DNA of 64,000 nt from the NCBI GenBank assembly GCA_052246995.1, contig JBQPWD010000001.1:245574-309573 (forward strand), in the 5' to 3' direction. Both the position numbers and the translations under genes were made by a program. Each line of letters opens with the position of its first letter. Position 1 is the first letter of the stretch. This DNA comes from Candidatus Bathyarchaeota archaeon. Its GTDB lineage: Archaea; Thermoproteota; Bathyarchaeia; Hecatellales; Hecatellaceae. The notes under the pieces were generated by a model. That model made no database searches and was not told the origin of the DNA. It worked only from the letters and a program-made list of their open reading frames with translations. Positions 36,895 through 45,946 of this stretch are shown here, in pieces.

Positions 36895-37805
36895 GGAGTG
36901 GTGGTGTCTGGTATTCTGAAAATTTAACAGAGACGGCTTTTATTCAATGTAAAGTAAGAAGGTTAATTTTTTCAGGTGAAACTCTATACCAAAAAGTTGA
37001 GGTTATTGATACGTACGATTACGGTAAATGCTTAATTCTTGATGGTAAACTCCAATCTTCGCTTAGAGATGAATGGGTTTACCATGAAGCTATTACACAT
37101 CCTGCTCTTTTAACCCATCCTAACCCATCTAACATACTTATTATTGGTGGTGGTGAGGGAGGGGTCTTAAGGGAAGTTTTAAAGCATAATACTGTTTCCT
37201 CGGTGGTAATGGTTGATCTTGATAGAGACGTGGTGGAAATCGCAAAAAAATACTTAAGAGAAATATGTGGAGATTCATTTGAGGATAAAAGAGTTAAGCT
37301 TCTCTTTGAGGATGGTAGAAACTTTCTTACAGGTCAACCTAACAACATCTACGATGTAATCATCATTGATGTAACAGACCCATTAGAGGAAGGGCCATCT
37401 TACCTCCTTTACACGAAGGAGTTTTACACCATAGTTTATGAGAAGCTAAACAGTGAAGGTTTAATGGTTACCCAAGCAACTTCTATTTTTCACAGTTTAA
37501 ACTGCTTTTCAAGAATATATCGGACTGTCAGCCTAATCTTCCCATTAACTAAGGCATATAGAGCTGAGGTTGCATCCTATTCGTCTCCTTGGGGATTCAT
37601 TTTGGGTTCAAAAAAATTTGACCCTGAAGCTTTAACAGTAGATGAGGTTGACAAAAGGCTTAAGTTAAGAGGTATTGAAGACCTAAAGTTTTATGATGGA
37701 AAAACACATCAATCTATTTTTAACCTACCTAAACATTTAAGAAAAAAGCTTGGTGAAGAAAAAGAAGTAGTTACTGACGAAAACCCAGCTTTCATGGTTA
37801 AGTAA
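36891..37805 (+). CDS. speE: Polyamine aminopropyltransferase (spermidine synthase)
   Basis: LILDGKLQS, YHEAITHP, IIGGGEGG, DVIIIDVTDP. Confidence 0.95.
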   Translation: MRSGGVWYSENLTETAFIQCKVRRLIFSGETLYQKVEVIDTYDYGKCLILDGKLQSSLRDEWVYHEAITHPALLTHPNPSNILIIGGGEGGVLREVLKHNTVSSVVMVDLDRDVVEIAKKYLREICGDSFEDKRVKLLFEDGRNFLTGQPNNIYDVIIIDVTDPLEEGPSYLLYTKEFYTIVYEKLNSEGLMVTQATSIFHSLNCFSRIYRTVSLIFPLTKAYRAEVASYSSPWGFILGSKKFDPEALTVDEVDKRLKLRGIEDLKFYDGKTHQSIFNLPKHLRKKLGEEKEVVTDENPAFMVK

Positions 37806-37840
37806 GACGCAACTTCTTTTTCTAGAACAAGAATAGTAAA

Positions 37841-37964
37841 GGGCTCACAGCACCACCGCTTCCCACCCCCTTTCGGAGAGTAGTACAACGAGCGGCGTCT
37901 TCAGGATTCACTTCCGGGTTCTGATGGGACCGGGTCTTACCCCGAAGACTGTGGCCGTGAGCCC
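37841..37964 (-). rRNA. rrf: 5S rRNA (unlinked from 16S/23S)
   Basis: Minus strand reads GGGCTCACGGCCACAG...ACCCGGTCCCATCAGAACCCGGAAGT...GTACT...GGGAAG...TGCTGTGAGCCC; terminal helix GGGCTCAC/GTGAGCCC; about 124 nt. Confidence 0.93.
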
Positions 37965-38087
37965 ATAGTTGTTAAGTTAAATGGGTTAAAATAAGTTTTT
38001 CCCCATTTTAAACAAATATAAAGCTTTATTTACTTGATTTCTTTTTTGTTGTTTGTGTAGTAAGCGTTTATGTGGTGTTAGTTAAAG

Positions 38088-39215
38088 ATGCCCCCCCTTT
38101 CAGAGCTGTTTGGTGAGCAGCCAAGCATAATTAACTGGGTTATTCAAGCGGTATTTTTGGCTTTCATATTTGTATACATTTTTTATGGTCAAAGATTGCA
38201 AATGGCTTTATGGGCCAGAGATGTTGAAAGGTCTCTTTACAAAATTAAAGCTCTTAGAGATAAAGCTAGGGAGATTTCAATATCAACCGTTAAAGAACTT
38301 GGCAAACCTGAAATCGACCCCACCCAAAGAATAGACCAATTTTTAGAAAGGTTCTTTATTGAGCCTGTAAGCTTAGACCCTGCTGGAATTGTTTGGAAAC
38401 TTGACCACCTGCTAAATGTACGTGACTTAAGCATGAAAGATGAAGTTCGCAGACTTGCTCCCAATGCTGATGAATCGACAATAAATAGCTTGGAAAACTT
38501 GCTTGAGGCAGCTGTGGATTTAAACTTTGTTTACCGCTATGTTAGACACTACTACCTTTTAAGTAAACGTACAAAATCCTACTTCCTACTAGCTCAACTT
38601 CAAATGATTATGCCTATAATTTTAGAGCAAGCTCTAGCTTTTGAGGGGGCTATTCAAGCTTTTTCTAAGGGTCAACCTATAGGTGACGGTGCTGGTGCTT
38701 TGGTTGCAAATAAGCTAGCTCGTGGTGTGGAATGGAAAAAGATTGAAAAGGATATGATTTTTGCTGAAACAAGCATTGATGGCAGAAAAGTTTACGCATT
38801 AAAAGCTGAGGGTCCAGGTGGAAATGTAGGTAAACCTGGTGATGCCATTGCAGCTTTGATAGAAAATGCTATAGCGTCAGGTTTAGGTAAACCTTCACTT
38901 ATCATAATGGTTGATGCCGCATTAAAATTTGAGGGTGAAAAAACTGGTGATGTTGCTGAAGGAATTGGAGCTGCTATTGGCGGTATTGGTGTTGAAAAGT
39001 TTAAGATTGAGGAAGTTGCAAACAAATATAAAATTCCATTGTTTGCTGTTGTTATAAAGGAATCTTTAAAAGAGGCTATTTCTCCTATGAGAAAGGATAT
39101 TTATGAAGGTGTTGAAAAGGCTTTAGAAAGGATAAAGCGTATAATTAATGAAAATACCAAGGAAGGAGATACTGTAATAGTTGCAGGGATAGGGAATACT
39201 ATAGGTATAGCGTAA
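38088..39215 (+). CDS. DUF1512 family protein
   Basis: EPVSLDPAGIV, PIGDGAG, KAEGPGG.VG.PG, VDAALKFEGE, GIGAAIGG, GIGNTIGI. Confidence 0.88.
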   Translation: MPPLSELFGEQPSIINWVIQAVFLAFIFVYIFYGQRLQMALWARDVERSLYKIKALRDKAREISISTVKELGKPEIDPTQRIDQFLERFFIEPVSLDPAGIVWKLDHLLNVRDLSMKDEVRRLAPNADESTINSLENLLEAAVDLNFVYRYVRHYYLLSKRTKSYFLLAQLQMIMPIILEQALAFEGAIQAFSKGQPIGDGAGALVANKLARGVEWKKIEKDMIFAETSIDGRKVYALKAEGPGGNVGKPGDAIAALIENAIASGLGKPSLIIMVDAALKFEGEKTGDVAEGIGAAIGGIGVEKFKIEEVANKYKIPLFAVVIKESLKEAISPMRKDIYEGVEKALERIKRIINENTKEGDTVIVAGIGNTIGIA

Positions 39216-39230
39216 GCAAATGGTGAGAAA

Positions 39231-39629
39231 TTGAGTGAAAAAAATAAGAATCCTCTAAAGAAGTTTTTCCAAGTTTTCATAGTAATGGTCTTTATAGTCT
39301 TTTTATACATCTTTTTTCTGGAATTTTTTTCTATTCCTGTAAACCAGAATGAGTATATTCTAACTTTGCTAAGCATTTTTCTATTGTTAATACTCTTTAC
39401 ATTGCTTACAAGAAGCTTAACAAAAGCTCAACCTAAACCTCCGCAAAAGATTTTAACTCTTATTCAATGCACAAAATGCGCCTTTAAAAGTGTTAGAGAC
39501 TTTCAAATTGGAGATTATATACCTAAAGTTATAGGTTCTTGTCCAAACTGTGGAAGCACGTTCCAGATTGAGGCGATATATGTAGAAGAACCTGTTAAAA
39601 AAGAATCAAAAGAGCCTTTAACATTTTAA
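39231..39629 (+). CDS. Membrane-anchored zinc-ribbon protein
   Basis: Two TM helices, then CTKC...GDYI...CPNC...IEAIY. Confidence 0.75.
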   Translation: MSEKNKNPLKKFFQVFIVMVFIVFLYIFFLEFFSIPVNQNEYILTLLSIFLLLILFTLLTRSLTKAQPKPPQKILTLIQCTKCAFKSVRDFQIGDYIPKVIGSCPNCGSTFQIEAIYVEEPVKKESKEPLTF

Positions 39630-39632
39630 CCT

Positions 39633-40535
39633 TCAAATTGTTATAACCTCAACCTTACCCTTATAAATTATGATGGTGTGCTCTGATTGAGCTACTGGCT
39701 GCCTTTTTTTTTCAATTAATGTTGGGTAAGCATAGATATACTTTGACTGGATGAGGTTGTTGAATGTTACGTGGAAGCTCTTAGCAGGAGAAGCTTTTAA
39801 AGCCCAGCGCAAGGCAAATGGTAAGCTATGAAATCTTTTTCTTAAAATGTTAAAAAGAATTTTTTCCTCTTCCTCCTTTGGAGGTTTATCTTTTAAAATC
39901 CTATAGATGTATCCGTTTGGCCCATTTTCAACTTCACCATAACCTTCCATGGTTGTTGAGAATGGTTCAATAGCATAAATTTTTCCTTCCTCCATTTTAT
40001 TGCTGCTCATTAAACAAACATTTGGTATTTGAGTTCCGGCATGAACAGCATATCTTGACATTTCATGTCCTGTCAAATTTCTGATGGGTTGAACTCCATA
40101 TCTTTTAATTGTTTCCTCAATAACCTTACCTACACTAGAAACCCTAACCCCCTCATTAACGATCTTTAAAGCTTCTTCTAAAGCATGAATTGTGGCTTCT
40201 CTTAAGCTTAAGTACTCAGCGTTAAAGCATATGGTGGTAGCTGTATCAGCTATATATCCATCGATATGAACTCCAATGTCAACTTTAACCACGGATGCCG
40301 TAGGAATAACTTTTAAGTTACTGGGTGGTGAAGTGTAGTGTGCTGCAACCTCATTAACACCAACATTACATGGAAAAGCTGGCTTTCCACCTAAACTTAA
40401 AATTTTAGACTCAACCGCCTCACAAATATCAATAATCTTCATTCCTTCTTTAACAAAACTCTCAACCCAACCTCTAACCTTTGAAGCTATCTCTCCTGCT
40501 TTTCTAAGTTTCTCAACCTCATCCTCCGTAAGCAT
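39633..40535 (-). CDS. map: Methionine aminopeptidase type II
   Basis: AFPCN, AAHYT, DIGVHIDGYIADTA, NLTGH, AIEPF, QSEHT. Confidence 0.96.
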   Translation of the reverse strand: MLTEDEVEKLRKAGEIASKVRGWVESFVKEGMKIIDICEAVESKILSLGGKPAFPCNVGVNEVAAHYTSPPSNLKVIPTASVVKVDIGVHIDGYIADTATTICFNAEYLSLREATIHALEEALKIVNEGVRVSSVGKVIEETIKRYGVQPIRNLTGHEMSRYAVHAGTQIPNVCLMSSNKMEEGKIYAIEPFSTTMEGYGEVENGPNGYIYRILKDKPPKEEEEKILFNILRKRFHSLPFALRWALKASPAKSFHVTFNNLIQSKYIYAYPTLIEKKRQPVAQSEHTIIIYKGKVEVITI

Positions 40536-40628
40536 AACCTAAACCATCCAAAATTTAAACAAAAATTCTAGTTTAAACTTAGAAAGTTTAACCATTTAAG
40601 GTTATAACTCTGTTTAACATAAAATTAG

Positions 40629-41120
40629 GTGGTAGTTACTATGGTTGAAGGTAAATTTAAGTTTAAGAAGCTTGCTCTTGGCGGAACATTTGACATTATA
40701 CATAAAGGGCATGAAAAAACTCTTCTAGAAGCTTTTAAATTGAGCGAGAAGGTTTTGATAGGGCTTTCAACAGATTCTCTTGTAAAATCTCTAAAGAAGC
40801 ATGAAGTAAATCCTTATATGGATAGGAGAAAGTCTCTAGAAGGATTTTTATCTAGGAAAGGTTTTCTTGGTAGATTTCAAATAATTCCCATAGATAACAG
40901 GTTAGGAGTAGCACACATCATTGAAGACTTAGATGCAATAATGGTTAGCAATGAAACTTTTCATATAGCTGAAGAGATCAATAAAATCAGAAAGGCAAAG
41001 GGTTTAAAGCAACTTGAAATAATATTGATAGAAAAAGTTAAGGCTGAAGATGGAAAGCCAATATCCTCGACAAGAATTCGTGCCAAAGAGATAGATCGAG
41101 AAGGTAGGTTAATAGGTTAA
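40629..41120 (+). CDS. coaD: Phosphopantetheine adenylyltransferase
   Basis: GGTFDIIHKGH, VSNET, ISSTRIR..EID. Confidence 0.92.
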   Translation: MVVTMVEGKFKFKKLALGGTFDIIHKGHEKTLLEAFKLSEKVLIGLSTDSLVKSLKKHEVNPYMDRRKSLEGFLSRKGFLGRFQIIPIDNRLGVAHIIEDLDAIMVSNETFHIAEEINKIRKAKGLKQLEIILIEKVKAEDGKPISSTRIRAKEIDREGRLIG

Positions 41121-41147
41121 GTTTTTTTAAATCTGTGCAAAGAAATA

Positions 41148-41735
41148 TTGTTAAGCATGATAGCTTACATTACAGGTTGTCCTGGAACAGGTAAAACAAC
41201 CATAGCCTTCGAAACCTCAAAAATTGTTAATTGGAAAGTTATAAATTTAGGTGAACTCTCAATAGAGAAAGGTTTTATTCTGGGTTTTGATGAGGAGTTA
41301 AGTTCGTACATTGTGGATGTTAACTCTCTCTCAAAACACTTAGAAAAATTTTTAATGGAATCTCAGGAAAAAAACTTCATTTTTGACTCACATTTTATTG
41401 TTAAAATTCCAGAAAGATTTAATCCTTTAATCTTTATTTTACGGTGTGAACCGTTTGAGCTTATCAAAAGACTTGCAGCTAAGGGTTTTTCAAAGAAAAA
41501 GGTTTATGAAAATGTGCTAGCTGAAATCTTAGATTTTTCTCTACACGAGGTCTTAGATGTTTATGAAGCCAGTAAAGTTCATGAAGTTGATACTACAAGT
41601 AAAAGTATTAACGATGTGGTTAACGAGATTTTGGCTGTTATTAGTGGAGAGAAGAAACCTAAACTTGGTATGTTTAATTGGATTGCCAAACTTGAAAGTG
41701 AAGGAAAACTTGAAGAGGTGTTAAAGTACGTCTGA
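41148..41735 (+). CDS. Adenylate kinase, AK6/Fap7 family
   Basis: ITGCPGTGKTT, DSH, LRC.P..L..RL..KG, EN..AE. Confidence 0.88.
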   Translation: MLSMIAYITGCPGTGKTTIAFETSKIVNWKVINLGELSIEKGFILGFDEELSSYIVDVNSLSKHLEKFLMESQEKNFIFDSHFIVKIPERFNPLIFILRCEPFELIKRLAAKGFSKKKVYENVLAEILDFSLHEVLDVYEASKVHEVDTTSKSINDVVNEILAVISGEKKPKLGMFNWIAKLESEGKLEEVLKYV

Positions 41736-41748
41736 GCGTAGAGGTTAC

Positions 41749-41910
41749 ATGATGTTTAAATGTTCTTCGTGCGGAAAGGTAAATATGGCTAAAGCTGGAC
41801 AAAAAAGCAAATACTGTGTTTTCTGCGGTTTAAGAAATAACCTAGCTAAAGTTAGAGTCTTAGCCTTAGCTTCAACATTAGATGAAGCTAAAAAAAAATT
41901 AAAAGTTTAA
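41749..41910 (+). CDS. Small zinc-ribbon protein (DUF1922-like); not in the ORF track
   Basis: Manual translation MMFKCSSCGKVNMAKAGQKSKYCVFCGLRNNLAKVRVLA... Confidence 0.65.
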   Translation: MMFKCSSCGKVNMAKAGQKSKYCVFCGLRNNLAKVRVLALASTLDEAKKKLKV

Positions 41911-41991
41911 AATCTGGTGAAGTGTAATCCACTCTTGCTAAAAACATAAGGTTAATTATCCTTAAACTAACATTATTGGATGGTGAAATAA

Positions 41992-42417
41992 TTGTCAAAC
42001 ATTGCTGCAAGAAGATTCTTTGAGGAAATCTCAACAGCATTGGATAAGCATGTTGTAATAGTAACAACTTCAAACAAAAAGTACGATGGCGTACTTGTAG
42101 GTTTTGAGCCTACAACATTAAGCTTGTGTTTAGCTAATGTAAAAAGCGAGGATGGAGAAGAGATTCCAAAAATGTTTATAAACGGGAGAGTAGTTGCACA
42201 ATTCTTTGTAACAGAAAAACCATTTAATCTTAAAGGTCTTGCAGAGAGGCTTGAAAAAGTATTTCCCAAGCTTGTAAAAGTTTACGAGGATGCAGGGGTT
42301 ATCCTTGTAATGGATAAAATTAGAGTTACGAAGGATGGTGTGGTTGAAGGTTCAGGTCCAGCTGTAGAAAGAGTTAAAAAGGTTTACGAAGAGTTTATAA
42401 AAGAAGTATCAGGCTAG
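41992..42417 (+). CDS. Lsm/Sm-like RNA-binding protein with C-terminal extension (SmAP3 type)
   Basis: Sm fold followed by KPFNL..LA..L...FP..VK......VI.V.DKI.V...GV.EGSGP. Confidence 0.88.
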   Translation: MSNIAARRFFEEISTALDKHVVIVTTSNKKYDGVLVGFEPTTLSLCLANVKSEDGEEIPKMFINGRVVAQFFVTEKPFNLKGLAERLEKVFPKLVKVYEDAGVILVMDKIRVTKDGVVEGSGPAVERVKKVYEEFIKEVSG

Positions 42418-42515
42418 TTCTAAGTAAACTTTAACAACTTAAAGGTTTTAAGGTAAAAAGCCTACTATATACCTTATATCTAGTAATTTTTTGGTTTTTC
42501 TCTAAGGGTTGGCTG

Positions 42516-44141
42516 ATGTGTTTTGAAGTTAAAAGCAAGGACTTACTTGGAAGAATAGGAAAAATTAAAACTAAAAGCGGGATTATTGAAACCCCGCTTT
42601 TACTTCCAGTTGTTAATCCTAAAAAAATCGAAATTCATCCTAAAGAGTTTTTTGAAGAATTTAAATTTAAGGCTTTAATGACAAATGCTTACATTTTAAA
42701 AAAATATTTTGAAAAAGATGTCGTAAAAAGAGGTGTTCACAATTTTCTAGAATTTAACGGTGTTGTAATGACCGATTCTGGAGGATATCAAATTTTAAGA
42801 TATGGACATGTAGATGTTAAACCGTTGGAAATTTTCGACTTTCAAGAAAAGATAGGCTCAGATATAGGTGTAATTCTCGATGTTCCAACAGGATGGAACG
42901 TTTCAAGAAATTATGCTGAATGGACAGTAAACGAAACACTAAAAAGGGCTAAGGAAGTTCAAAATTATCTTAAAAATCAACATACCACCCTCTGGGTTGG
43001 TCCTGTTCAAGGTGGAAGCTACCTAGACCTTATCTCGCTTTCTGCAAGTGAACTAAGCAAAATTCCGTTTGACATCTACGCCATTGGAAGCCCCACAGAA
43101 GTTATGGAAAGATATCTTTTTGACTTTCTTGTAAAAATGATCTTAACTGCAAAGCTAAATCTTCCATCAAATAAACCTTTACACCTTTTTGGGGCTGGCC
43201 ATCCCCTTATATTCTCTTTTATTGTTGCTCTTGGTTGTGACATGTTTGATTCAGCATCTTATGCTCTTTATGCTAGAGATGGAAGATATCTTACGGAAAC
43301 AGGTACAATAAGACTTAAAAACTTAGAATATTTTTTTTGTGATTGCCCCGTTTGTAGAAGTTTAACTCCAAAAGACTTAAAAGAAAAGGAAGAAAGTGAA
43401 AGAAGATACCTTCTAATGAGGCATAATCTTTATGTTTGCTGGCGTGAAATTCAACGTATTAAACAGCACATAAGCGAGGGCAAACTCTGGGAACTTTTAG
43501 AGTTAAGAGCAAGAGCTCATCCAAGCTTATTCAAGGCATTTAACTTAATTGCTAACTTATCTAAGCTTTTTCTAAATGACACCCCTTTATTTAAAGAGCG
43601 TGGAATGTTTATTTTTGATGAAATTAGCGCTAAAAGACCTGAAATTATCTCCTACAAGGAGAGGTTAATAGAAAATTATGGTAAACCCGAGGACGCAAAA
43701 ATTCTTCTCCTTTTACCGCCACCTTCCATGAAGCCGTTTCACAAGTCTAAGGAATTCAATCTTCTCTCCAAATCTTTAGAGGATGGCGACTTTAATTTCA
43801 AAAACCTTCATATATGTTTTTACACGCCACCTTTTGGAGTGGTTCCAATAGAAATTGATGATGTTTATCCCCTGTCCCAATTTGAAGCTGGAGAATTGTT
43901 TAAAGGTGAAGTAAAAACCGAGATCGCCAAAAACATTGCTAGGTATTTCAAGAGTAAATTTTATAAACTAATGGTGGTTTATAGGGAACCTAAACTTCTG
44001 CCTGATAAGTTACTTAACAGGATTATTGGTGACAAGGTGGGCTTGGTTAACGTCATTGACGCTGTTAAGGATCCTTATTCTCAAGACTCGCTTGATCACT
44101 TTATTAAGTGCTTAAAAAACATTGTTGAAAAGTTTACATAG
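42516..44141 (+). CDS. tgtA: Archaeosine tRNA-guanine transglycosylase
   Basis: ETP..LPVVNP, MTDSGGYQ, LDVPT, VQGG, HLFGAGHP, DMFDSASY, CDCPVC, HNL. Confidence 0.94.
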   Translation: MCFEVKSKDLLGRIGKIKTKSGIIETPLLLPVVNPKKIEIHPKEFFEEFKFKALMTNAYILKKYFEKDVVKRGVHNFLEFNGVVMTDSGGYQILRYGHVDVKPLEIFDFQEKIGSDIGVILDVPTGWNVSRNYAEWTVNETLKRAKEVQNYLKNQHTTLWVGPVQGGSYLDLISLSASELSKIPFDIYAIGSPTEVMERYLFDFLVKMILTAKLNLPSNKPLHLFGAGHPLIFSFIVALGCDMFDSASYALYARDGRYLTETGTIRLKNLEYFFCDCPVCRSLTPKDLKEKEESERRYLLMRHNLYVCWREIQRIKQHISEGKLWELLELRARAHPSLFKAFNLIANLSKLFLNDTPLFKERGMFIFDEISAKRPEIISYKERLIENYGKPEDAKILLLLPPPSMKPFHKSKEFNLLSKSLEDGDFNFKNLHICFYTPPFGVVPIEIDDVYPLSQFEAGELFKGEVKTEIAKNIARYFKSKFYKLMVVYREPKLLPDKLLNRIIGDKVGLVNVIDAVKDPYSQDSLDHFIKCLKNIVEKFT

Positions 44142-44292
44142 CCTTAATATGCTTAACCACTGGTGATCTCTTCTTTTTAAGGATTCTATACCCGCATTTT
44201 GGACATTTAAGCTCAGGCATTATGTTCAACTCATCATAAGTAAACACTTTATTACATCGCACACACTGGTACTCAACTTTAATCTCAGCCAA
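44134..44292 (-). CDS. rpoP: DNA-directed RNA polymerase subunit P (Rpo12); not in the ORF track
   Basis: Manual translation MAEIKVEYQCVRCNKVFTYDELNIMPELKCPKCGYRILKKKRSPVVKHIKAM. Confidence 0.92.
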   Translation of the reverse strand: MAEIKVEYQCVRCNKVFTYDELNIMPELKCPKCGYRILKKKRSPVVKHIKAM

Positions 44293-44395
44293 TACTCGCA
44301 CCGTTAAAGTTGAATACTACATGAAATTTAAACATTTCTGGCTGAAAAAGATAAATAAAGGTAGAATTTTCTTAGTTAAGAAGAAAACCTAGAGG

Positions 44396-44686
44396 GTGGT
44401 GCGGAGGATAAATTTCCCAAAAAGTGTAAGAACTTACTGTCCAAGATGTAAAACACATACCATCCATATGGTTAGTCTCTACAGGAAGGGTAAGGATAGG
44501 GCTCTCGCAGCCGGAGCAAGGCATCATGAATGGGATAAACATGGGTATGGTGGCCAAAAATATCCTGAACTTAAAAGAACCGCTAAAACAACAAAAAAAG
44601 CTACAATGAAGCTTAAGTGTAAAGAATGTGGTTGTACTTTTCATAAAAATGGAATTAGGCTTAGAAAGGCTACGGTGAAGTCTTAA
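44396..44686 (+). CDS. rpl44e: 50S ribosomal protein L44e
   Basis: [29 protein letters not shown]. Confidence 0.96.
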   Translation: MVRRINFPKSVRTYCPRCKTHTIHMVSLYRKGKDRALAAGARHHEWDKHGYGGQKYPELKRTAKTTKKATMKLKCKECGCTFHKNGIRLRKATVKS

Positions 44687-44703
44687 AAGCGGGGTTTAGC
44701 ATT

Positions 44704-44904
44704 ATGGTTAGCCGGTTGAAGGAGCTAATTCCCAGACCGAGAAGTAAATTTTTAAGGGTAAAATGTTCTGAGTGTGGAAATGAACAGTTGATATTTAGCA
44801 TGGCAAGTATGTGTATTCCATGTAGGGTTTGTGGAGGAATTCTAGCTGAACCTACTGGTGGAAAAGCGATAATTAAAGGAGAAGTTGTAGAGGAGTTAAC
44901 CTAG
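44704..44904 (+). CDS. rps27e: 30S ribosomal protein S27e
   Basis: [17 protein letters not shown]...[14 protein letters not shown]. Confidence 0.96.
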   Translation: MVSRLKELIPRPRSKFLRVKCSECGNEQLIFSMASMCIPCRVCGGILAEPTGGKAIIKGEVVEELT

Positions 44905-44920
44905 TTCTGAATTTTTATAA

Positions 44921-45739
44921 TTGTTTATACCGTACAGGGGTGTTGCTGTGGAGAGTTCATCATCTGAGAACTTTCCAGAGGTTGGTGAGCTTGTTGTTGC
45001 AACGGTTTCAAACATTACTGATTATGGTGTATATGTAAAACTGGACGAGTATCGTAATATTGAAGGATTACTTCACATTTCGGAGATATCTTCAGGATGG
45101 GTAAAAAATATTTATGATTATGTTAGGGAAGGTCAAAAACTTGTCTTAAAGGTTTTAAGAGTTGATAAAGAGAAAGTGCATGTAGATTTATCCCTTAGAA
45201 GAGTTAGCAAAAGAGAAAAACAGGAAAAAATGGCTGAGTGGAAACGAAGAAAAAGAGCTTTATCAATTCTTGAAGCTGCAGCTCAGAAGGTTAACCTTGA
45301 CCCCGGAAAATTTGTTAATGAAGTTGTACCCATTTTTGAAGATAAACTTGGAGGTTTATACGAGGGGCTTGAAGAGCTGGTTGAAAAGGGTGAAGAACTT
45401 GCTGAAAAACTTAAATTGCCAAGTGAATGGGTTAAGGTAATTTACGATGTTGCAAAGCAAAAAATTAAACCTCAAACTGTAAGTATTAAAGGTATCTTAA
45501 AACTAACAACAACTGCTCCTAATGGTGTTGAAATTATAAAAAAAATTTTGATGGAAAGTAAGTCTGTTAGAAGATTTAGAAAGGCAAGGGTTGACATATA
45601 CACTATTGGTGCACCTCGATATGTTGTTGAGGTTACGGCAAAAAATTATAAGGATGCTGAAAAAGTTTTAAATGAAGTTGTTTCTTACGCCTTAAAGGAA
45701 ATTAAAAGTGTTGGTGGCGAAGGCGAGTTTAAAAGATAG
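44921..45739 (+). CDS. eif2a: Translation initiation factor 2 alpha subunit
   Basis: S1 domain PEVGELV, LDEY, HISEIS, DLSLRRV; IGAPRY. Confidence 0.95.
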   Translation: MFIPYRGVAVESSSSENFPEVGELVVATVSNITDYGVYVKLDEYRNIEGLLHISEISSGWVKNIYDYVREGQKLVLKVLRVDKEKVHVDLSLRRVSKREKQEKMAEWKRRKRALSILEAAAQKVNLDPGKFVNEVVPIFEDKLGGLYEGLEELVEKGEELAEKLKLPSEWVKVIYDVAKQKIKPQTVSIKGILKLTTTAPNGVEIIKKILMESKSVRRFRKARVDIYTIGAPRYVVEVTAKNYKDAEKVLNEVVSYALKEIKSVGGEGEFKR

Positions 45740-45763
45740 CCTTTTTTAGCTGGTTGAGGATCT

Positions 45764-45946
45764 TTGTCACCAGTTTTGCTAAGAAGATGTAAAAAATGTG
45801 GCGAGTACACTCTAAATAAAATTTCCTGTCCAAAATGTGGTGGCGAAGTTTACACTCCAGCACCCCCAAAATTTTCTCCTGATGATAAGTATGCTAAATA
45901 CAGGAGAATGATGAAGGAATTTGCAAAAATGGAATGTAAAAATTAA
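45764..45946 (+). CDS. nop10: H/ACA RNP protein Nop10
   Basis: CKKCGEYTL...CPKCG...PPKFSPDDKYAKYR. Confidence 0.95.
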   Translation: MSPVLLRRCKKCGEYTLNKISCPKCGGEVYTPAPPKFSPDDKYAKYRRMMKEFAKMECKN

